64,000 nt of DNA, taken from contig CM052816.1 in the NCBI GenBank assembly GCA_028534125.1, positions 75,022,001 to 75,086,000 of the forward strand, given 5' to 3'. The translations under genes and the position numbers were made by a program. Below, piece by piece: positions 14,491 to 27,670 of this stretch (position 1 is the stretch's first letter; every line of letters begins with the position of its first letter). Source of the stretch: Lama glama (Eukaryota). The notes below the pieces were generated by a model, which had not been told where the DNA came from, did not search any database, and was given only the letters and a program-made list of their open reading frames with translations.

Positions 14491-16721
14491 TTATGAAATC
14501 ATCACAAATGGGTGATGTTTCACAATATTGAAACATATTGAATCTCCAGAAGTAGTCCATTTCAATACTGTTAGAATCAAGCAGATAGGGAGGTTGGGGC
14601 CAGTGTAGTCCTCTGTCCCCAGCCTTCCTTGCCAGTTATTTCAATTACAGTCCTTTTGCTTCCAGTACCATCTACCTCAAAGAGGGCTTTGAGGAAAGCA
14701 TCATCCTGTGATCAGTAGCCTCACGCATTCATTCAGTCTTCCTCCTGGACTCTGTTCATTCTATTGTGTGGTGTCTTTGAACTGTGCAGCTTTTCACAAA
14801 TTTCCCTGCACGTGGCGAGTGAATGTCTATTCTAGTACTGCAGTATCTCAAGCAGTGGGAGCCCGCACGGTGACTCCACCCTACATTTCAGACAAAGCCT
14901 TTCGTTTTTTTTTTTTTTAGAACTCTTCGCTCATCTCCTTTCCCTTAGAGTTGGGGACAGGGAGGACTTTTCAATAGCAGGATCTGGGTTGGAGCCTGTC
15001 CCCTGATGATCCACTCACTGCCTGGTGTTGCATCTTTACGACCGTTCTCCCTACTTACCTCCTATAACTTGAGTTTTAAGGGAGATAGGAGGGAATGTGG
15101 AACTATAAGTACCCAAAATACTAATGACCACTCCCTTAGATATCATAACATCTTTTTGGACACAGAAACAGGGTGGCAAAGGAACATATAGGCCGTCTTT
15201 TGCTGTTTTGTTTTGTTCATAATTTCTCCTTTAATTGGCAAGAAGTAAATCAGTATGTTTACCTTGCCTTAAAGAGAATATCAAATTTGCCCTTGACATG
15301 AATTATTTCCAGTTTCTGTAAAAATGGAACATCCCTCCTTTTCAAAAGAGTTTTGCCTTTCAGATGTGTCCTAAACAAACATGTGAGTTATGGAAAACGA
15401 AAGAGATGACCGATTATGTCTGCTTTCTCCTTTAAGAAAACCAATATGCATATTGTATTTGCATTTCTTAAAACCTGCAGCAGTTTGCATGTTTTGCCAC
15501 AAAGCTGTGATACAGTGAGTGCTAGCTGTCTCCTTCTGCCTCTCTTAAGGAACTGGGGGTAGTTACTTGGGAAAAATAGTACAAGTGGGTGCAGATGTTG
15601 GCACACATGCCAGAGAGATGTTTCTCTTTTTAGTCCAGACAGTGTTATTTCTGGATGTCCTCTTTGAGTGGGTGAAATCTTCCATGATAAACCTCACAAG
15701 TTTAAGTGCAAAAGCAGCCAGGGATCGACTCTTGGCGTTGCATTCCATGTGTATAAGGAGCCGCAGGACTGCAGCGTCTTCAGAGGGGAACTCCTTTGGC
15801 TTTTGGCAGGGTCTCTTGACCCCTAACTTCCCGTGAGCCCCTCAGCCAGTCTCCTGGGTACATATCCCATCAGCCTGAGATTCTCTGGGAGGTGACCTGT
15901 TTCTACCATTTTTTTTTTAAAGCAACTTATAATAGAAAACCCAGGGAGCCGGGCGAGAGCGCTTCCCTCAGGAGACTGTGGATGCTTTGTCTCCAGCACT
16001 CAGATCTGGCAAGCCTGTGCTATCAGGAAAGGTCATCTGACTCAGCCCCTGAAGGCTGTCGAGGCTGCCTGTGACCAGAATAACCCAGCTGGTTCAGTCA
16101 GGTGTGTGCCCTGGCTGGGGTAGGAGACGGTGAGCTTACACAAGGCCTCTTCAGCTCCGTTAGCGGATTTCTGCTTTGAGTTAAAACAAGTACATTCATT
16201 ATCACGACTTCCATTAACTATTTTTGTTATGTTTATATCATGGTATCTTTGTATACTTTGCCTGTGAAAGAATTGTTTACATTCCATGCTGTTTGATGCA
16301 CACAGGTATTATATACACGTAGCCTGTGTGGGTTCTGAAGCAGGATGATTAATCGAACACCCGGGACCCTGCTAAGGGGGTTGCTTGCACTCCTTTTCAT
16401 CCGCCTGCCTTCCCTACAGAGGGAGCCACTGTTAGGGATATTGTGGTTATCAGTCCCTTTGACAAAAATTCGAGGTCATAAGGTATGGACATATGGACGA
16501 TTCTACTCCGAAGTGCTATCCTAAGACTTTTTGTTTAGAAGAGACAAGCTTTGGTGTTCGGCAGTCGTGCCTGGCACGTGCCCCGTCTCCTTAGGAGGTT
16601 ACCTAGAGGGAAGGATTAGGGGGTACGTCTCTGTCCTGCCAAGAAGACGTGTGTTGTTCTGACTGGTGGATGAGGGAAGGTGAAGATTGCAGGGTTAATG
16701 GTATTACAGATTTTTAAAAAA

Positions 16722-17405
16722 TTTTTATTTTTATTGAGATATAATTGATTTACAGTATTATATTAGTTTCAGGTATACAACGTAGTGATTCAAATTTTTT
16801 ATAGATTATATTACATTTATAGTTATAAAATATTGGCTATATCCCTGTGCTGTACAATATATTCTTATAGCTCATTTATTTTATATATGATTTTTTTCCT
16901 CAAAATTTGGTGAGGAGAGAACTTGATTTATATGTAGTTTTTTTTTATTGAGACATAGTTACTGTACAATATTATATAAGTTCAAGTGTACAACATAGTG
17001 ATTCACCATCTTTAAAGGCTATACTCCATTTATAGTTATTAGAATATATTGGCTTTATTCCTTGTGTTGTACAGTATTTCCTTGTAGGTTATTTATTTTA
17101 TACATAGTAGCTTGTACCTCTTACTCCCGTATCCCTAGCTTACCCCTTCCCTCTCCCCACTTGTTCTCTATATCTGAGTCTGTCTCTTTTTTGTTATATT
17201 CACTAGTTCGTTGTATTTTTAAGATTCTACATGCAAATGATATCAGTGGTATTTGTTTTTCTCTGTATGACTTATTGCACTAAGCATAATACCCTCCAGG
17301 TCCATACATGTTGCTGAAAATGGCAAAGTTTCACTCTTTTATGGCTGAGTACAGTATTCCATAGAATATATATGCCACATCTTCTCTATTCATTCATCTG
17401 TTGAT
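16722..17405 (-). mobile_element. Two tandem 5'-truncated L1 3' ends (about 16722-16890 and 16938-17405)
   Basis: Each starts with a T tract then ttattgaga...gtacaacatagtgattca-like sequence; second continues into gcataataccctccaggtccatacatgttgc, typical of antisense L1 3' ends. Confidence 0.8.
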
Positions 17406-17442
17406 GGCCACACCACCCTGAACATACCCGACCTCGTCAGAT
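17404..17442 (+). pseudogene. 5S rRNA 5' fragment (about nt 5-43)
   Basis: 32/39 identity to recalled mammalian 5S (ACGGCCATACCACCCTGAACGCGCCCGATCTCGTCTGAT); 4 of 7 mismatches are CpG transitions. Confidence 0.78.
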
Positions 17443-20104
17443 TTTGTTTTTGATGTTTATTATGAAAGTTAATGAACCTACACAATGGTGAACAGAAGAG
17501 CATAATGAACCCATCTGAACTCATCACCCAGCTCCAATGCTGTCAACCCGTGATCATTCCTGCTCCATCGATTGCCTCATCTCCTTCTTTCTCCTCTTGT
17601 ATTATTTTCAAATAAGCACCACATATTACATCCCTCATGAGCTTACATTTGATGCTCAAGATAGACAATAGGTACAATACATAAGTAAAATATATAGTAT
17701 ATTAGATATTGATAAACATTAAGGAGATAAAACAAAGCATAAAAAGGGGCATCAAGTGTCAGGAGAAGAAACTGTGCCGAGTATGATTTCTGGTTTTAGT
17801 TAGTTTTGTAATAGTTCCCCAATGATTAAGCCTGAATCTGATGTTAGAATTCTGTGGTGAGTGGAGAATGTGATTTTGAGATTGGAGCCTCCTGGCTTTT
17901 GTGACTCTCTGGGCCTGTTTGGAGAACTTTGTGTTAACGACGCCTCGTGAATTATCTCAGCAGAAATAATCAAACTGGTAGTTTGTTCACTTTGCACTAG
18001 AAGGTGGGAACACAGTGGATCTTAACCACTCAGCTTGATCATTTTGTGGATGCTGTGAACATTTCATCTCCACCAAGCAGACTAATGAATGTATGAATGT
18101 TTTAGAGACTGGCTGTCTTCCTTCCTGCTTTAGAAAAAAATGAACCTGCCCAAGGGATGAACGCAATTCATTTCCTCTTAAGCTGCTTTTATTCTTAATC
18201 TTTAGATTGCTCATGCCTTTTGATATTACAGAGAAACTCATAATTTTTCCAAGAGACAGTAGAAAGAAAAAAAGGTAGATATAAACAGGAAAAAAAAAAA
18301 AAACCCAAAGTTGTATCCACATAAGAGAAACACATCTAACCATGTTGAGAAACCTCATTAGACAGATTGAATTTTAAGCAGACACATCCATACCCAGGCA
18401 ACTCCTGCTCAGGCCTGTATGGACTTCATTCATACACACCAATCTCTGATTGACATGTGGGGACATGATATTTATGAGGGCTTGGCTGAAATGTCAAACT
18501 TGACATCCACTGTGTGAATCATAATATGATAAATGCCCTTCACTGCACTTTAGTATTTACCTGGTGAGACTCTCCATGTCTGTTGATTCGCTAGAAGAAT
18601 GAGGACAGCAAGAACCTGTTTAATCCCAGTCCTCTTAACCACATTCACACAGGCCAGTTGAGTTGAATACTGGTCACAACTTTTTGAAAGGGCTGTGTGA
18701 TGTGATACAAAAAGAAAGAATACCCTCTTCCCACTCCCCCACCCTCACCCCCTGCCATGAACCCTGGGAACTCTGGATCCCAAGGCAGAATATAGTCACC
18801 TTCCCAAGTGCTGACTTTCGGGATGGAGGTGGTGAGCTGTGGGTGTCACTTACAATGATTGATTATTAAACCTGTTAAATTACATAACATCTTTAATTTA
18901 CATTTGTTTCTCTTGTAGTCTTTCAGTTATAAGATTTTATTCATGCTTTTGGATTTTTAAAAACTGATTGCTAAACCATCTGAAAGAGATATCTGAAAGA
19001 GATATCCACCAATTCTTAAGCTACAAATTTAGCCAGATATACACTGCTTTGACAGATGACAGTGTCCTTACATAGCTGAACTAAGTGAACTGATTGAGTC
19101 TACTTATTTTTAAAGTATTAAAATATTTAAAGACCGTCCATTTCCTTGAATTTTCATGAATTGCAACACTGATTTGAAAATATCTGAATGCTAATGAAGA
19201 TGTATTTAGTGAAGAAATATTATAGTTAAGTATTTTGGCAAAATAACCTTCTCAGTAATAGAATCATATTATGTTATTATTTGCTGTTTCTACCAAGGAA
19301 GCAATGAATATAAAAACACGAAGACTTGGTGAATGCCTAGTATTAACTTCATGGCATTTTTTTTTGGCATACTCTTGTAGATTACTGAATATAATTCTTA
19401 GCCTAATTACCATTTACATCCAGAAGAATAGCGTAATAGAAGTATAGTTTATTGATAGTAAAAATGTATTAAATCAAGTGCTTAATCCTGTCGTTTTATC
19501 TCTTGTTGCTTGGTGACAATGCAGCGGCTATGTAAGAGCCCCATTGTCTCAGCTACCATGGACTTCATTGCATTGTGGGGTAGAAACACCAATGATGGTG
19601 AGTCATTTGTATGCCATTATCCTTACAAAATTTTGGTGCTTTTTTTTTTTATTGTTAGTGCAGAGATCCTAAAAGAAAGCCATTTTAATAATATATCCCC
19701 CCTTTTTTGATGGGTCAGTGAATTTTTGACTTCTTGGCTTTGTAGCTATTGATAATTTTTGAAGCTTTGTGAATATGTGTTTTTGTCAGTCTGCACTATA
19801 TAAACCTGGGCTTTTGAATCTCATTGTAAATATGTACATTCTAAGTGAATCTTCACTAGTTCTTAGTGAACATCTTTTGTCCTTGACCACCTAAGGAAGG
19901 GAGGGAAAATACCTGGGCAGAGTTTTTCTCTGGTAAAAATAGCCAGGGGGTATTCTTCATCCTTCTCTAATACAGAGCATTCTTAGTTTTAGGACCTGCT
20001 TCAGAAAAGGGAAGCCTGTTGCGTCAGTGTGATTTGTTTTAAGTGAAAGGCTGATTCATGTTGTGTATACTGCTGTGTTCTAAACGCTATTAGTTCACAA
20101 TTAA

Positions 20105-20250
20105 TACAGCCCGTGGCCTGTTTTTGTACTGAGAACTAAGAATGTTTTATATTTTTAAAGGATTGTTAAAAGAAACACATGTGACAGAGACAGTATGGAG
20201 CCTGTAAAGCTTAAAATATTATCTGGCCTTTAATAGTTTGCAGCCCCTTG
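20105..20250. mobile_element. MER58-like hAT relic
   Basis: gcctgtttttgtac...tgtgacagagacagtatgg...aaaatattatctggccttt...gtttgcagcccct. Confidence 0.6.
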
Positions 20251-22170
20251 ATCTATGGCATAATTTCCATTTCTACAGTCTAAATTAAATGTCACTAAGT
20301 ATTATTTCTTAAAGGACCAGTGAACTTAAGTAGAACTGAAATAAAATAATGGTAACTGACTTGAAGCGAATCAATGAAAAATTAAATTGAATAATATGAA
20401 TTTGTATAGACGTAGAGATGATTATGCAATTTGGTAGGCTTGTTTTGGGGGCAACCACAAAGAAAGGAAGATTATATGCAGCAACTTGTTTATCTTGACA
20501 CAGTTTTTAAAATTTCTTTAATATCTCAATGCCTTTGTCAATAAATCTGACTGTAATAAAATTGTGTATTGATAAACTCATTTTATGAGAAGCGTTTTGC
20601 CTTAGACTTAGACTTATACTTGAGGGCCAGTTTCTTAACATACAAATGCACGTCCAGGTGAACATCAGCATCCTGGGGTGGTGGGGTGAGGGCTTCTCCA
20701 CCCTGACGTGGGTCCAGCACGCAGCTGCTGCTCCTGCCGGCTGGCAGAGCTTCCAGGAGCTGCGGAGATGGTCCAGAGTTGGAGTCGTCCTGTGTCCCTG
20801 AGGTCTGGAAGGGCCCTGCAGCTCTGGGTTTTCATCTTCTCTGCAGCTGTGCCCTCCGCATCTGGAGAGAGGGTGGAGGAAGAGTAGAGAGACTTTGGAC
20901 GAGGTGAGGCTGATTTTCCTCAGCCTTCCTTCCAAACTGTGGCTTTTTGCTTCCTATTTTCTTTTTAGTCAGAAATGTGTTTGTAGGATTTACCTGGTTA
21001 TTTTTTATTTATCAGTAAGGTACAGCCTGGAATCAGCAAGTTCACCAGGGCAACCAAGTGCTTTCTTGTCTAGCACCAACCCTCTTAGGCAATAGAAAAG
21101 CCCCAAACCAGCCAAAATGTATTCTGGTGTAGAGAGACAAAAGTCAATTATTTTAGCTAGATTTAACTTAACTCCGCTTTCTTATAAGCAAAGGTTCAGA
21201 AAACCCCATGCTTGAGCACCATTTCTGCATTACCATGCGTTTGTACTACTTTATGTTTGCAATGCTTTATGTTTTCAGAGTCTGTTCACGTATGTTATCT
21301 CATTTGATCCAGTTAGTTACCAGGTGAGGTGGGAGGGGAAGCAGTTTTATTATAGTATCACATATAAGAAAACAGACACAGATAAATTTCTGGGACTAGA
21401 TCATTAGAAAGTTGAATGGCTTAATGAAAACGACATTTGAAAGACTTGGTTCAAGTCCCGACTCTCCACGTTTCCTCTGCCACTGTCCTGCCATGACGAC
21501 ACTGAGGCTTTGTTTCTGAGACACTAAACAGTAAGAAGCATTGTGAAGCTCTGACAATGTAGGTATAGCTAAGTGGGCTTTTATGGGAGCTTGCACCTTA
21601 TTTTAAATGCATGGGAAAGGGTCATGATTTCAGCTTAGATGTTGTGTGTAGAGCAGATTTTACTGCGGCAGGAAGGGAGGCAGGATGGCCAGTGAGGAGA
21701 CGATTGCACTGGTCCAGGAGAGAGGTGATGGTGGTTTGGACTTGAGTGGGGAGTGGAGGTGGGCAAAGGTGGTAGAACTGAGGGATACAGTATTTTAGAA
21801 GAGGAATCTTACCAGACTTGCCGATGCCTTGGGTATGGAATGCAGGGGTAGAGGAAAGGCAGAGACTAAAATGATTCCCAGCCGATGTGAGCAATGGTGT
21901 GTCGACCACTGAGCTGAGGAAACCTGGGAAGAGCAGCTTTGGGGAGGAGGAGTAACAAGAGCCCTGCTAGGATTGATTGGCTTTTTAGTTACTCAAGTGG
22001 TGATGTTGCAGATGCAGATGGATATGTATGTGTCATGCTCAGAGGAGAGGTCTGGAAGGGAGTTATACAGTTGGAAATAATCCACATGCATTTGATAAGT
22101 TGGAGTCATGGAATGGAAAAGGCCACTTAGGGGTGAAGTCCTGGGGCTAAGCCCTAGGACTCTCAGTCTG

Positions 22171-22259
22171 CCTTCCTCTCCTTCTTCCTTCCTTCCCTCC
22201 TTCCTTCCTTCCTTCCTTCCTTCCTTCCTTCCTTCCTTCCTTCCTTCCTTCCTTTCTCT
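22171..22259. repeat. (TTCC)n tetranucleotide microsatellite, pure pyrimidine tract
   Basis: Read directly from the sequence. Confidence 0.95.
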
Positions 22260-23406
22260 GTGCGTGAACAATATCTGAGATTAAGAATTACTTCTTTGCC
22301 TCTCATTGACACTGTGACCTTGGACAAATTACTTTAGAATCCCTGCTTCTTTAGAGTATCTCCTGTCTGTTTGCCTATTTCACAGGTCTATTTTGATCAC
22401 CAGCAGGTTAAGGCATTTGAATGTGTTTTTTTGAAAGCTCGGAAGTGCTATGTTCTCACCTTGATCCTTCCTGGTGCTTTGATTAATAAACCTCAGATGA
22501 CTGTTGTTCTCACTGGCCCAGTGACAATGACTATAGAACTACCCCGTGGATGGCAGCTGGCAAGGTACACCCTTCCTGTCCTTTCCCTGTCTCCCAAAGT
22601 TCTTGAGATAAGGGAATGAACATGCCATAATACTCCCAATTTCTAAAATCTTAGTGCGTTTTCAAAAAGATTAACCTAGGTTGTTTTTAAAATATATTGT
22701 TAGCTTTACTCATCAGTAAATTACCTATTATTTCAAGGTCATCAAAATCAACCTAAACATTGGATCCCTTATTGCATCATCAAAAACAATGATGGCTTTT
22801 AAGGGGAGCATTATGGACTCTGTGAGGAAGTTCTGATAAATCTGTCATTTCATTAGCATAAGTTGCATACAGTTAAAAACTGATGATCTCTCTCTGCCAT
22901 TATATTTTAAATGGAGGATTAGCCAATGGCCTGTTTATCTCTCTTTGTACTTTGGTTCAGAAGATTCAGATATTCTGGTTTGGGACAAAAACTAAAGTTT
23001 GTTCCCTGAAGAAACATGCTTGTGCTAAATACCCATCTTGACTTCTTTTCACTGAAAGTAGCATTTATTATTTTAGGGAGCATGAGAGAAACAAAATGAA
23101 GGAAGAAGGCCTCAGATACCCACTGATGATTTGTGTTCCACTGTGGGCATGCCACTGCCTACGCACGGCGGAGTATTTCCCGTATTTCCTTAGGCTGCAG
23201 CTCACTGTTGCACATAAATAAATTAGTCTGCAGGTGCGTTTTCACTGCTTCCTTATGAAAGCTTTTCCTTATTGAATTTTCACAGACTCGTGGAAAAGTA
23301 TGTTTTATTCAGTTTGTTTTTAGATGAAATGGTTTTAAACAGCTGGTTAATTTGGGAGAAATGATAAAAGTTTAGAAACCAAGAGTGGCTTAACTGTTAG
23401 AAAGTA

Positions 23407-24068
23407 CAGTTGTCCCCCCTTATCTGAGGTTTTGTTTTTCATGGCTTCAGTTACCAGTCATCAACTGAGGTCAAAAAACATTAAGTGGGAAATCCCAGAA
23501 ATAAACCAATCCTTAAGTTTTGAGTTGCACGTCGTTCGGAGAAGAGTGATGAGGTCTCACACCCTCCAGCTCTGTCTGGCCTGGGATCCCCGGCCATCAG
23601 CATCTTCTGCTCCTGACATCCAACCATTGACATGATGGCTCGATGAGCCAGGGTCACTGGAAGCAGGTGCTCCTCCTTCCGATGTGCTGTCAGAAGGTCG
23701 GTAGCAGCCAAGCATACATCCCAGGGCCTACATCACTCACTCACTCACTCACTCCACCTCGTCACACAGGCATTTTATCATCTCCCATGATCACAAGAAG
23801 AAGGGGGAGCACAGTACAATAAGGTAATTGGAAAGAGAGCACGACTGCTTTCACATAATTTCTGTTACAGTATGTTGTTATAATTGTCCTACTTTATTGT
23901 TAGTTACTGTTGTTAATCTCTTAATGTAACGAATTTATAAGTTAAACTTTATCATAGGTTTGTATGTATAGGAAAAGCTACCGTAAATAGGATTCAGGGC
24001 TATCCCTGGCTTCAGGCATCCCTGGGGGGTCTTGGAACGAATACCCCATGGGTAAGGGGGCACCACTG
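23407..24068. mobile_element. MER44/Tigger7-like TcMar DNA transposon relic
   Basis: TIRs CAGTTGTCCCCCCTTATC and GGTAAGGGGGCACCACTG; TA immediately 5'; internal sequence resembles MER44. Confidence 0.8.
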
Positions 24069-25689
24069 TTACGGCTTTCTTCTCTGTGGTTCATTCCACG
24101 AAGAAAGCAAGACCACTCGTGTCCAGGAGCACAGGTCACCTTCTCTCTGATTTGGCTCCTGAAATGTAACGTTAATTTCTGTCACTGAATAACTAAGCCC
24201 ACATTCAACTACTTTGAAGAGAATTTTAAATCCAAATCCCATGGGAGGGAAGTTAAACAGTTATCTGAAGAACTTAGTATCTGTTCTGTGCTTGCTGGGA
24301 AAAGCAACTGGGTTATTCATGTAAAAAAGCGATTTTAGTTCCCTTAATAATTATGGGAAAGGATACAAATTTGCCTTGTATTCTGAAAAAGTTCCTTTCA
24401 GTTTAGAATTTCATTTTAAATTTTGGAAAAGGTTTGCTGGCACAGACAAACCTTGGGGAAGAAAAATTCATTATTACCAAACGCAGACAAATACAGGTTG
24501 ACTATGAAAAGCTACAGGATTAAGGCTGTTGAGTTTGAAAGTTTTGGTATAATTTAAATTTCACTCAATTTGAGGAGTTTACAAAGCTCGTTCATTTTGA
24601 GAATTGGTGTCTCAGAAGTGGAATTAGACCTTTAGAAAGAAAAGTAGTACTAAGTGAAAATTTAAAGGCAGTTCTATAAATCAGCTCCTGCTATAAAAAG
24701 TATTTTAGCTGCTGTTTTATTTATAGAGTTTTTTCCCAATGCTTTTAACATCATGTTTGTACTCGAAAAGTTTTCACTTGCTTTTCCTTTTTTGTTGGTT
24801 CATACTTTTTAATATACAAAGTAGCATTTTACATGACATGTGGATTAATCAGGACTAGGTTTTATAAAGAGATGGGTTTTATAAAGAATGGAAAACTTTT
24901 CATTACATAATTCATTCCCAGGAAATCGGAGGGGCTGTAATGGTCCAAGCAGAATAGATACAGCTGAGGTGTGCCTTACGCCGAGTGGCGTGGTCTCTGT
25001 AATTCAAATATTTTCCACTGTGGCAACAGCAGGTAAATGAGTTACAGCCTAACGGTAATAGAAACAACAAGCACTGCAATAGCAACAGCAAGTATTTATG
25101 CCCTGAACTTACATGCAAATCACTTAAAGTCACCTTTTATAATAACCCAGTGAGGTACATTTTATTATCCTTATTTTATAGAAGGAGGAAATGAGGATAA
25201 GAAAAGGCTTTATGACAACAAAGCTAATGAGGGGAAGAGTTAAGATCTGAAGACATGCTTCCAAAGCCATGTTCTCAAGTATAAGTGAAGGGTGATGGGT
25301 ATATTTGAAGGTACATTTTGCTTTACACTTTGCAGTGTTAACATTCAAAATATAATTTATTACCTCCTTAAGGGCAGGGTCATAGACCTTTAGCTAATTG
25401 AATTTTTCAATCAACTGAGTACATCACCAGGACAATGTTAATACTTCCATAAATGCAAAATTAAGAATCATTCAGAAATGTTAACCTCTTAAAACTTATA
25501 AAATAGGATAATCTCCTGAAAGCTATAAAATGAGAGCCTTCACACATGGGAAGCTAGAATGGTTTCCCCTCAGTTAAAAATGACATAGACAGTGTTGAGA
25601 AACAATAGTTTGAAACCAAGATAGAATTTTCAGACTCTATATAACAAGTACTGGTGATGAGTATCTACTTAAAAGTGGATACTTCTGGT

Positions 25690-27670
25690 TTCTGTTCTGG
25701 CATCTAAGGAGCTTAAAAGTCACTACTCCTGTCCTCACAATAAGTGAACAAACTGAAAATCAACAGATAACAGTTTATTCACAATAACAGTAGTATTAAT
25801 GTTTTTCATAATTATAGCGTATGGATAAATGAAATGAATGATGGCAATGTTTTAAGGAACAGGAGGGAGAGATAATAATACTTTGTTATAAGGTACTTGC
25901 ACTAGCCATGAGGTGGCACAGTGTTACTTGAAAGAGGACTTGGATTAGTTGTAACTGTGTATTGCAAACTCAAGCACAACCACTAAAAAGGGTAAAAAAA
26001 AAAGTAGTATGCAGTTAACCATACCCTTGGGTTTTGCATCTACAGATGCAACTTGAATTTGCTGATGTGAAACTCATGGATATACAGGGCTGGCTATAAT
26101 TAATATGCTAAGAGAGGAGAAAAAAATGGAATCATATAGAAAGGTTAATTAAAACCAGAGAAGGCAGAAAGATATAAGACCAAAAAAGAGGCAAAGAACA
26201 AAGGCCACAAATAGAAAATGTTACAAATGTTGTGGATATTAGTCCAACTATATCAATGATCCCTTTAAACATCAATGGTCTAAAATATACCAATTAAAAG
26301 ACAGAGACTCTCAGAGTGGATCAGACAAGACCCAACCATATGTTGTCTACAAGAAACCTGCTTTTGTATTTTTTCCATGTAGTGATATATAATTGATTTA
26401 CAGTGTTGTGTAAGTTTGAGGTGTACATCATGTTCACTTGATATACTTATGTATTATGAAATGATTGCCACTGTAGTGTTAGCTCACACTTCCAGCTCCT
26501 CACATAGTTACCATTTTATTCTTGTGATGAGAACATTTAAGATCTACTCTATTAGCAATTTTCAAGTAAATAATATCACACTATTAACTGTAGTCACCAA
26601 GCTGTACATTAGCTCTCACAAACTTATTCAACTTATAACTGGAAATCTATACCCTTTGACTAACATCTCACCATCTCCCCCACCCCCAGACGCTAGTATC
26701 CACCATTCTACTTTCTGTTTCTATGAGAAACCCACTTTTACCGTAAAGACCAGATTAAAAGTAAAGGATGGAAAAAGGTAAACTACGGTAACACTAACCA
26801 AAAGAAAGGTGGAATAGCCACACTAATATCAGACAAAGCAGACTTCAGAGCAAGGAAAATTATCAGGGATAAAGAGAGACAGTCCATGAAGATAAAGGGG
26901 CCAGTTCTGTATGAGGACACAAGAAACCTCATATGCAGTGACAGTTGGTTCTTGTTTCTGTTTTTTTCCACACTCACAGTGCTGCCCTCACTGTGACCTT
27001 CAGAGAGAGCAGCACCAGCTGCCCAGTGCCATCTTCACAGTGGCTTGGGTCCTGCCCTGTGAAGCCCCTTTTCTAAGCATCAATACAACCACTTCCTTTT
27101 GCTCCTCTTGCAGTTACTGTATCTGTGTCACCTCAGAGCTTCTTTTTTGCCTTTTTAGTTCTCTAATTCCTTATTTAAATTTTCTTTATTAAAATAACTG
27201 ACAAGAATTAACTCAAAATGGACCATAGACTTAAATGTGAAATGCAAAACTATAAAACTCCTAGAAGATAAGGGAAAGCCTAGGTGACCTTGGTTTTGGC
27301 GATGCCTTTTTAGATGCTACACCAAAAGCACAATCCATGGTCAAAAGATCTGTACAGGCATCTCACCAAAGACTATATATATATATATGACAGATAAGCA
27401 TATGAAAAAATGATCAACATTGTATGTCTTTAGAGAATTTCAAATTAACACAATGAGATAATACTACACACCTATTAGAACGGCAAAAATCCAAAACACT
27501 GACACCACCAAATGCTGGTGAGAATGTGGAGCAGCAGGAACTCTCATTGATTTTTGGTGGAAATATAAAATGGTACAACTGCTTCCAAAGACAGTTTGGC
27601 AGTTTCCAACAAAACTAAACATACTCTTACCACATAATCCAGCAATTGCATTCTTTGGTATTAACCCAAT
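25690..27670 (+). mobile_element. Old fragmented L1 (L1M-type), including decayed ORF2 endonuclease region
   Basis: Decayed ORF2-like segments (aatggtctaaaatataccaattaaaagacagaga; atgttgtctacaagaaac; atcagacaaagcagacttcag; caaatgctggtgagaatgtggagca); boundaries approximate. Confidence 0.75.
26366..26725 (-). mobile_element. Younger L1 3' end nested in the older L1
   Basis: Antisense L1 3' UTR; TSD AGAAACC[TG/CA]CTTTT at 26352-26365 and 26726-26739; host L1 sequence resumes afterwards. Confidence 0.8.

Noticed and set aside
17404..17442. Functional 5S rRNA gene
   Set aside because: Only about a third of 5S, lacks the internal control region and shows CpG decay
21993..22271. ORF with RKEG repeats
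   Set aside because: Translation of the antisense (GGAA)n microsatellite
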